A stretch of 47,369 nt of DNA from Candidatus Parcubacteria bacterium (GTDB lineage: Bacteria; Patescibacteriota; Patescibacteriia; Patescibacteriales; UBA12075): the NCBI GenBank assembly GCA_023137275.1, contig JAGLPO010000006.1:1-47369 (forward strand). The letters are read 5' to 3'. How positions within the stretch are numbered: the first letter of the stretch is position 1; each line of letters opens with the position of its first letter. Both the position numbers and the translations under genes were made by a program. The notes under the pieces are model-generated. The model saw only the letters and a program-made list of their open reading frames with translations, did no database searches and was not told the origin of the DNA. Shown here piece by piece: positions 7,858 through 14,196 of this stretch.

Positions 7858-7968
7858 TAGACAACAGACAGCAGTCTATAATCCACATTCTGCTTGCTTT
7901 CTATATATCTGCCCTCTGCCGTCTGTTTTCTGCCGTCTGCGGTCTGTTGTCTGCCGTCTATCTACTAC
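7858..7968. repeat. Heptamer-stem hairpin element (CAGACRR)n - loop - (YYGTCTG)n
   Basis: tagacaacagacagcag | tctataatccacattctg | ...ctgccgtctgttttctgccgtctgcggtctgttgtctgccgtcta. It occupies the rseP-hpf spacer. The right arm is longer than the left. Confidence 0.85.
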
Positions 7969-9128
7969 CCCACTATTGCCTGCCATAGCGCTTTGAAAGA
8001 ATCGCTAAAACGGGACAGATCCTTGAATGTTACTGCCAGGACAAGAAGCATTAAGAGAGCAAAGCCGATATAATGGATCGCGCCTTCAAGCTCCCGCTTA
8101 ACCGGAGAGCCTTTGATTTTCTCAATTATAAGAAATAGCACCCGGCCGCCATCCAGAGCCGGAAACGGCAAAGCGTTAATTACTGCCAGATTAATTGAAA
8201 GCATGGCCGCGAATTGCAAGACATAAACAAAACCCATACGAACGACCTGGCCGGTAATAACCGCGATGCCGACCGGCCCGGCGATATCAGCGCTTAGCGT
8301 AGACGCGCCAAACATGCTTTTAAAAAGTTCAAAAAAAGCCAGAAAAATAGCCACTAAGATCAGGCCGGTACTTTTAACACCTTCCCAAATAGCGATATGG
8401 ATCGGATATTTAACCAGCCCGGTATCCACTATCCCGATGCCAATGCCGCCGGATCCGGTTTCTTCAATCGTTATCGGAGTAATTTGCTTCTCAAATACCA
8501 CGTCGGCTCTTTTAATTACATAGGTCAATTCATTGCCGGTATTAGCCGCTGTTAAGGCCTGCAAATGCCCGCTATTTCTTAAGTCTTCATTATTAATACT
8601 TATGATCGCGTCGCCGATCTTCAGCTCTGATAATGCGGCCGGGGTGTTGTCCAGCACGCTCACCACCTGGATCTTTTGATCGCTGATTCGCGCGCTTGGA
8701 TGAAGATCCTCGGTTACCTGCGGCAAGCCGATCATAAAGCCAAGGGTGATCAAGACCGCGGCCAGAACCATGTTCATGGTTACGCCGGCCAAAAGCATAA
8801 CCAGCCTCTGCCAAATCGGTTTATTATGAAAATGGTTCGCGTCCGGGCTGATATCGGCGTCATCCTCTCCCAGCTTGACAAACCCGCCCAGAGGCAGCCA
8901 ATTAACCGAATAGATCGTGTCTGCCGCGTCATCCACTTTTTTATTGCCTTTGGTTGTTTTCCACTTCCCGTTTTTGGCTTTGTAAACTCCCCAGGCGCGG
9001 GGCGGAAAGCCAAAGCCAAACTCCTCCGGGCGCAAACCGAATTTCCTGGCGCTTAAAAAATGCCCCAGCTCATGGACAAACACCAGGAGAGATAAAACAA
9101 GTATGAAAGTGATTATAGTTAAAAACAT
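7965..9128 (-). CDS. rseP: RIP metalloprotease RseP (site-2 protease, M50 family, with PDZ)
   Basis: HELGHF zinc motif near the N-terminus, a multi-TM protein with a central PDZ-like segment (VLDNTPAALSELKIGDAIISIN), and a C-terminal LPFPALDGG motif. Confidence 0.9.
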   Translation of the reverse strand: MFLTIITFILVLSLLVFVHELGHFLSARKFGLRPEEFGFGFPPRAWGVYKAKNGKWKTTKGNKKVDDAADTIYSVNWLPLGGFVKLGEDDADISPDANHFHNKPIWQRLVMLLAGVTMNMVLAAVLITLGFMIGLPQVTEDLHPSARISDQKIQVVSVLDNTPAALSELKIGDAIISINNEDLRNSGHLQALTAANTGNELTYVIKRADVVFEKQITPITIEETGSGGIGIGIVDTGLVKYPIHIAIWEGVKSTGLILVAIFLAFFELFKSMFGASTLSADIAGPVGIAVITGQVVRMGFVYVLQFAAMLSINLAVINALPFPALDGGRVLFLIIEKIKGSPVKRELEGAIHYIGFALLMLLVLAVTFKDLSRFSDSFKALWQAIVG

Positions 9129-9131
9129 AGA

Positions 9132-9686
9132 TTAAATAGTCATTATATCCTCTTCTTTTTTGTCTCGCAAATTTTTAAGCTCTTCGTTTTGTTTGACTGT
9201 TTCATCATCCAGCTCTTTGATAAAACGGAACTTATCGTCTTCGGTAATTTGCTTGTCTTTTTCCGCCTTTTCAATCGCGGCTTTAATGTCTTCTCTTATC
9301 TGCCTTATGGAAACCCGGACTGTTTCCAATTTTTCATTTAGCTTTTTTACCAGCTCTTTTCGGTTCTCTTCGGTCATTTTTGGCACGGTCAAACGGATCT
9401 TGTCGCCTTCGTTGACTACCCCTACTCCCAGATTCGCGTCCACGATCGCCTTCTCAATCTCTTTGCTGACATTCTTGTCCCAGGGCACGACCAGGATAGA
9501 CTGCCCGTCAGGGACATTGATGGCGGCCACTCCCTGGATCGGAGTCTTGGCGCCATAAGCATCCACCTGCACGCCCTCAAGCATGTTAGGATTGGCCCGT
9601 CCGGTGCGAATGCCAACAATCTCTTTGATAAAAAAGTCTATTGTTTTTTTAAACTCCGCTTCTTTGGCTTTTATGTATTCATTCAT
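9132..9686 (-). CDS. frr: Ribosome recycling factor
   Basis: 184 aa. ...IRTGRANPNMLEGVQVDAYG...LTVPKMTEENRKELVK... is the canonical Frr pattern. Confidence 0.95.
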   Translation of the reverse strand: MNEYIKAKEAEFKKTIDFFIKEIVGIRTGRANPNMLEGVQVDAYGAKTPIQGVAAINVPDGQSILVVPWDKNVSKEIEKAIVDANLGVGVVNEGDKIRLTVPKMTEENRKELVKKLNEKLETVRVSIRQIREDIKAAIEKAEKDKQITEDDKFRFIKELDDETVKQNEELKNLRDKKEEDIMTI

Positions 9687-9764
9687 ATGATTACGTGGTT
9701 AAAAACTTTATCTAATATTGATATTAAAAATATAATAAAACGCCATAATGTTTATCAAAATTTT

Positions 9765-9841
9765 TAGACAACAGACAGCAGACGACAGAAAATAGAGTGT
9801 GAATTGCAGGCTGCCGTCTGCCGTCTGTTGTCTATTTTCTG
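9765..9841. repeat. Heptamer-stem hairpin element with the loop in the opposite orientation to the other copies
   Basis: tagacaacagacagcagacgacag | aaaatagagtgtgaattgcagg | ctgccgtctgccgtctgttgtcta. The reverse complement of the loop (cctgcaattcacactct) matches the loop consensus of the other copies. Confidence 0.85.
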
Positions 9842-9849
9842 CTCTCTCC

Positions 9850-10908
9850 CTACTTCTTCGGCAATGCCCTTACTCCCATGTACATTATTTCCGGTTTTTT
9901 TGGATTGATCATTAGCTTTCGGCCGGCCCGGGAAGTGTTAAGCTTGATAGTCTGCCAATTAACTCCGTCGTCGCTGGAACGAAAAAAAGTATTATTGGTT
10001 ACATAAAAAATTTCTTTTGTATTTTTGGGATTTACAGCCATAGCGTTAAGCGCGGTTTTTTTCTCAGCCGGTATCAATTCAATCTGCTCCCATGTATCTC
10101 CCGCGTCATTAGACTTGATTATTCCCAAATTGGTAGCTATAAAGATCATTGTAGAATTATCTTTGAATAAAATCAAGTCTTTAACCGCTGTTCCCAGCTT
10201 ATGCTCTTTTAAGCCGTGATTAAACTGCTCCCAGCTTTCTCCCTGGTCGCTGCTTTTAAAAACGCCTTTTTTGCTTATAAAAGCATACATTATTTGTGAA
10301 TCATTAGGGTCAATTATCAGCCTGTCAATCTTAGCGTTAAACCGGTGGAGAGTCTGCCAGCTTTCGCCCGCGTCCAGGCTCTTGACCAGATCTCCCCGGG
10401 AAAGGCCCATATACACATGATTCTGGTTAAAGCTATCCAGTGCCAGCGCGTCAATGGTTATTTTGGCCTGATTATCAAAATACATTTGCTTCCAGGCGCG
10501 GGAACAATCAACAGATTTAAAAACCCGGTTGCCGATAGTGGCATAAATTACGCATTTATTAAAAGGATCAACAGCCACTGCCCGGACAGTGTTATTCCCG
10601 AGTCCGGCCGCCTTATGCCAGCTATTGGCTCCGTCATAAGTATAAAACAGCCCGGCCTTGATGCCGGCGTAATAAATCGCCTGGCTGTCCTCCGGGTCCA
10701 TAGCCCAGGTCATAATATTAGCCTTGGAAAAACTGCCGGGCCGGCCAACAGTGGGAATTACGGCCTTTTGCTGCCAGGTTGCTCCTTTGTCAATTGAACG
10801 AAATACTCCGCCGTCAACCGCGCCGATGTTAGTATCAGACTTAGTCTGGATACAGCCGCTAAGGATAAAAGTTAATACGAATATTAATATTAATTGCTTT
10901 TTAAACAT
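9850..10908 (-). CDS. BNR/Asp-box repeat beta-propeller lipoprotein
   Basis: Six SxDxGxxW-type motifs: SIDKGATWQ, TYDGANSWH, SLDAGESWQ, SSDQGESWE, SNDAGDTWE, SSDDGVNWQ. Lipobox in MFKKQLILIFVLTFILSGC. I prefer the start at 10908, because the ORF-track N-terminus (MNYRLSSVVCCL) reads through the repeat. Confidence 0.7.
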   Translation of the reverse strand: MFKKQLILIFVLTFILSGCIQTKSDTNIGAVDGGVFRSIDKGATWQQKAVIPTVGRPGSFSKANIMTWAMDPEDSQAIYYAGIKAGLFYTYDGANSWHKAAGLGNNTVRAVAVDPFNKCVIYATIGNRVFKSVDCSRAWKQMYFDNQAKITIDALALDSFNQNHVYMGLSRGDLVKSLDAGESWQTLHRFNAKIDRLIIDPNDSQIMYAFISKKGVFKSSDQGESWEQFNHGLKEHKLGTAVKDLILFKDNSTMIFIATNLGIIKSNDAGDTWEQIELIPAEKKTALNAMAVNPKNTKEIFYVTNNTFFRSSDDGVNWQTIKLNTSRAGRKLMINPKKPEIMYMGVRALPKK

Positions 10909-10929
10909 AAAATTATAATTTATAATTTT

Positions 10930-10999
10930 TAGACAGCAGACAACAGACGACAGTCTGTAATTCACATTCTGCCGTCTGTTGTCTGTCGTCTGTCGTCTA
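10930..10999. repeat. Heptamer-stem hairpin element overlapping the holB 3' end
   Basis: tagacagcagacaacagacgacag | tctgtaattcacattctg | ccgtctgttgtctgtcgtctgtcgtcta. Confidence 0.9.
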
Positions 11000-12059
11000 T
11001 ATTTATTACAATATTTTCCAAAACCAGGCGCGGGCTTACGTTGTTACGCAAATATTTCTTGGCTTGTTCAAGCAGCTCTTCCAAACGAATTAAATCCCGG
11101 CTGTTTCTTGACTCCAGAATTCTACCTATCTCACTGCTGACATATTCATGCTGTACGCGATTGTCCAGATTAAAATTTATAAGTATTGAGTCGCGAATTA
11201 CGCCTTCCCATATTTCTATTGTCCGTCTGGTCCTGGAGGCTGTTTCCTGGCTGGAATTCTTTTTATTAATCAAACTGCCAATGGCCTGCAAACGCTCGTT
11301 AATGTTTTGATTGAAAAAAGAAATAAACATTCTGGCCAATTCTTTAAACTGCTCATAAAATTCCGGGGTTTCCAAAAGCTTGATGGCCAGAGCCGGGCGC
11401 CCCAAAGAAAGACGGGACAGATCCTTGGCCCGGCTACGGCTGGCGTTATGGGAGTCAATCAAATAATTATAGATAATTCCGTTAGGCACCGGCCTGAACT
11501 GCAGCAGCTGGCTTCGGGAAACGATCGTTTTGGGCAAACTCTCAATATCGGTAACAATTAAAATAATAACTACGTTTGAATTCGGCTCTTCCATGGTCTT
11601 AAGAAGCGCGTTGGCTGCTTCCAGATTCAGCTTGTCGGCATGCTTGATAATGCCAACTTTATATTTGCTTAAAAAAGAGCTCATGCTTAAAATTTTAATA
11701 AACCCTCTGATCTCGTCCACGCTGATAAACTTTTTATCTTTAGCTTTTTTAAGCAAATGAAAATCACCATGCACCATTTGCTTTTCATCTTCGTCTTTGG
11801 CTTTTCTCTCTCTTTGGCCTTGAAACTGCTGGCACGACCGGCACTCAGAGCAAGGATAAGGGCTTATTTTGTCCTTGGTTTTTTCGCACAGCAAACACTG
11901 AGCGAAAAAACGCGCCAAAGTTGTTTTGCCCAGATTGTCCGGCCCGAGAAAAATATAGCTTCCGCCGACCTGCCCGTTACCAATGCTTTTCTTTAAAAAC
12001 CTGGTTAAATGGGAGTTTCCAATAAGAGGCCATTCTTTATTTTTAGCGCTATCTAACAT
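10962..12059 (-). CDS. holB: DNA polymerase III subunit delta-prime
   Basis: AAA+ P-loop GPDNLGKTTLARFFAQ, zinc module CLLCE...CSECRSCQ, and a TMEEP motif. The last ~11 codons (DDRRQTTDGRM) come from the repeat element. Confidence 0.85.
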   Translation of the reverse strand: MLDSAKNKEWPLIGNSHLTRFLKKSIGNGQVGGSYIFLGPDNLGKTTLARFFAQCLLCEKTKDKISPYPCSECRSCQQFQGQRERKAKDEDEKQMVHGDFHLLKKAKDKKFISVDEIRGFIKILSMSSFLSKYKVGIIKHADKLNLEAANALLKTMEEPNSNVVIILIVTDIESLPKTIVSRSQLLQFRPVPNGIIYNYLIDSHNASRSRAKDLSRLSLGRPALAIKLLETPEFYEQFKELARMFISFFNQNINERLQAIGSLINKKNSSQETASRTRRTIEIWEGVIRDSILINFNLDNRVQHEYVSSEIGRILESRNSRDLIRLEELLEQAKKYLRNNVSPRLVLENIVINIDDRRQTTDGRM

Positions 12060-12194
12060 GATTCTATTATAGCATTAGCGGATATTCAAGGCAAACAAAA
12101 TAAATCCAGCACCATCTTGATTTATTTATCCAACAACATTAATGTGGTGCTGAATAAAATACGCGAAAATAAGCCATAATAGGCAGCTAAAACC

Positions 12195-12223
12195 TTGATT
12201 AATTTGTTTATTTCTGTTATACT
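12195..12223 (+). promoter_or_regulatory. Putative sigma70-type promoter (TTGATT-17 nt-TATACT) only 6 nt upstream of the ATG
   Basis: TTGATT at 12195-12200, a 17-nt spacer, TATACT at 12218-12223, and the ATG at 12230. No SD fits in between. Confidence 0.4.
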
Positions 12224-12229
12224 GGCGAC

Positions 12230-13588
12230 ATGCGTAAAAAACTGAAAAAAATCATCTTACTTTGCGGAGATATTAGCGTTTTATATATTTCACTATATTT
12301 AACGCTTCTTGTCCGCTACCTGGAGCAGCCGTCAGCCAGTACCTGGGCTTTGCATATTGGCCCTTTCTCTCTGGCGTTTTTCTTTTGGCTGATTATCTTT
12401 TATATTTCCGACCTCTATAACCTGCATTACGCGGTTAATAATTCAAAATTTTTTAATATCACTTTCCGGGCCGTCGCGATCGCCGGCGGGCTGTCAGCCG
12501 TATTTTTTTATGTCAACCCAAATATAAACATTGCCCCTAAAACCAATTTGGTAATTTATTTAATAATATTTACCATCATTTTCATTCTTTGGCGCCGGCT
12601 ATTTAATCGGGCATTGCTTACCAAGATGACCAAGGAAAATATCGCTGTTATCGGCTATGACCCAAACGTTCAGGAAATAATTGATACTCTGCGCGACCAG
12701 CCCCATCTGGGATACAGTATTAAATTAATTGTTAGCAGCCGCGTTCCTCGCGGGGGAAACAACGAAATGATAGTAACCGAAAAAATTTTCGGATTAAAAG
12801 AAACGATAATAAAACAAAACATTTCCACGATTATTTTTGCCGCCAACCCGCGCCAGTCCCCGGAACTTAGAAAAATAATGTTTTCCTGTTTGCCGCTTAA
12901 AATTGATTTTGTCGGCTTGCCCGGCTTTTATGAGCATCTTACCGGTAAAATCCCGATTGAAGCGATCAGCCAGATGTGGTTTCTGGAAAACCTGAATGAA
13001 GGCAGCAAGAAATGGTTTAATATTGCCAAACGCGTTTATGACATTATTTTCGCGTTTAGTATTCTCCTTGTTACCGCTTTGCTCTGGCCTTTGATTGGAA
13101 TAATTATAAAACTGGAAAGCAAAGGCCCGATCTTCTTTTATTCGCTCCGCGCCGGCCTGAATGGCAACTTTAAGCTGGTTAAATTCCGCACTATGCGCGA
13201 AGAAAACAACCAGCGCACTTTAACCACCACTGATGACCCGCGCGTTACCGTGTTTGGTTCGTTTCTCAGAAAAACGCGTATTGACGAGATACCGCAGGTG
13301 TTGAATATCCTGGCCGGCCACATGAGCTTTGTCGGCCCCCGCCCGGAGCGCCCGGAATTCATATCTGAACTCAAAAAAGAAATTCCTTTTTACGAAGAAA
13401 GGCTTTTGGCAAAACCGGGCCTTACCGGCTGGGACCAGGTCTCGGGCGAATATCATTCCCCTACCCGCGAAGATACCTTAAAGAAGCTACAATACGACCT
13501 CTATTACGTTAAAAACCGCTCCATATATTTAGACTTGTCAATTATCTTAAAGACGATTGCAACGGTTTTAAGGAGAGGAGGAGTATAA
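12230..13588 (+). CDS. Polyprenyl glycosylphosphotransferase (bacterial sugar transferase, WbaP/EpsL-like priming enzyme)
   Basis: 452 aa. N-terminal TMs plus a C-terminal domain with KFRTM...DEIPQVLNILAGHMSFVGPRPERPEF...KPGLTGWDQV. Confidence 0.85.
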   Translation: MRKKLKKIILLCGDISVLYISLYLTLLVRYLEQPSASTWALHIGPFSLAFFFWLIIFYISDLYNLHYAVNNSKFFNITFRAVAIAGGLSAVFFYVNPNINIAPKTNLVIYLIIFTIIFILWRRLFNRALLTKMTKENIAVIGYDPNVQEIIDTLRDQPHLGYSIKLIVSSRVPRGGNNEMIVTEKIFGLKETIIKQNISTIIFAANPRQSPELRKIMFSCLPLKIDFVGLPGFYEHLTGKIPIEAISQMWFLENLNEGSKKWFNIAKRVYDIIFAFSILLVTALLWPLIGIIIKLESKGPIFFYSLRAGLNGNFKLVKFRTMREENNQRTLTTTDDPRVTVFGSFLRKTRIDEIPQVLNILAGHMSFVGPRPERPEFISELKKEIPFYEERLLAKPGLTGWDQVSGEYHSPTREDTLKKLQYDLYYVKNRSIYLDLSIILKTIATVLRRGGV

Positions 13589-13592
13589 TTGA

Positions 13593-14118
13593 TAGACGGC
13601 AGACAACAGACGGCAGACAGCAGGCAGACGGCAGGTAGATAGCAGACAGTAGATAGATAACAGGCAGTAGGTAGAAATTAATTAGAGAGGTGTTGACTTT
13701 ATTAAACCGCAAATAATTTTATAGCCTTCAAATACTTTTACTTTAAGCGCGTTAAACTCATCATCAGAAATATATCCCAAATCATTAGCTAAGATGATAT
13801 GATTTTGTAATTCCGTGTTTGAGCCTCTGGCATACAAATAAAATTTTATTCTATCTTTAGAATGATAGCGACCATAGCCTTCGGCTATATTAGCCGTAAT
13901 AGAAGCGGCCGCTCTTCTTATCTGGCTGGTTAGGCCAAATAATTCCTCCTTGGGAAATTGTCTGGTGAGAGAATAAATTTTTAGCACAACTTGATGATTT
14001 TTTTGCCACGCAATTAGATGAGTAAAATGATGTATATTGTTATTGGACATAGAACTTAGAGTCCTACTGCCCGCTATCTGCGTTCTGTTGTCTGCTGTCT
14101 GTCGTCTGTGGTCTGCTA
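13593..14118. mobile_element. Composite element: long heptamer-repeat inverted arms flanking a four-helix-bundle gene
   Basis: The left arm 13593-13675 (tagacggcagacaacagacggcagacagcaggcagacggcag...ggcagtaggtaga) and the right arm 14064-14118 (ctactgcccgctatctgcgttctgttgtctgctgtctgtcgtctgtggtctgcta) are mutually complementary. Same repeat family as the short hairpins. No transposase is visible, so mobility is inferred. Confidence 0.6.
13682..14050 (-). CDS. Four-helix-bundle protein (23S rRNA intervening-sequence protein family; the family that includes DGR Avd)
   Basis: FTHLIAWQKNHQVVLKIYSLTRQFPKEELFGLTSQIRRAAASITANIAEGYGRYHSKDRIKFYLYARGSNTELQNHIILANDLGYI is the characteristic pattern. I prefer the start at M25 (14050), because upstream codons read through the repeat arm. 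Confidence 0.8.
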   Translation of the reverse strand: MSNNNIHHFTHLIAWQKNHQVVLKIYSLTRQFPKEELFGLTSQIRRAAASITANIAEGYGRYHSKDRIKFYLYARGSNTELQNHIILANDLGYISDDEFNALKVKVFEGYKIICGLIKSTPL

Positions 14119-14196
14119 ACAACCAGCAGAGCTCCCAGCCGCTTGCGCAACCAGGAGCTCTTTATGCCGGACCTTTCCCGTAATAATTTAATAGAC

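Noticed and set aside
7776-7988. Small ORFs reading through heptamer repeats: 7776-7988, 43190-43405, 44563-44859, 3277-3579, plus the N-terminal extensions of 9850-10965 and 13682-14122
   Set aside because: The repeat cannot contain stop codons in any frame, so ORF finders run through it. The LSVVCCL/SAVCGLLSAV-type peptides are artefacts.
8593-9056. Antisense or overlapping ORFs within rseP, and similarly within secD, secA, gatA, ligA, the radical SAM gene and others
   Set aside because: They are embedded in well-supported genes on the opposite strand or in another frame. Their composition is Arg/Pro/Gly-rich and they have no motifs. This is typical of shadow ORFs in the GC-richer genes.
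13682-14050. The four-helix-bundle gene as the Avd component of a diversity-generating retroelement
   Set aside because: There is no reverse transcriptase ORF anywhere in the window. There is also no template/variable direct-repeat pair with adenine-specific mismatches. The flanking repeats are inverted heptamer arrays, not TR/VR.
7858-14118. Heptamer arrays as a CRISPR array
   Set aside because: The period is 7 nt with no unique spacers, the repeats form inverted arms, and no cas genes are present. This is incompatible with CRISPR architecture.
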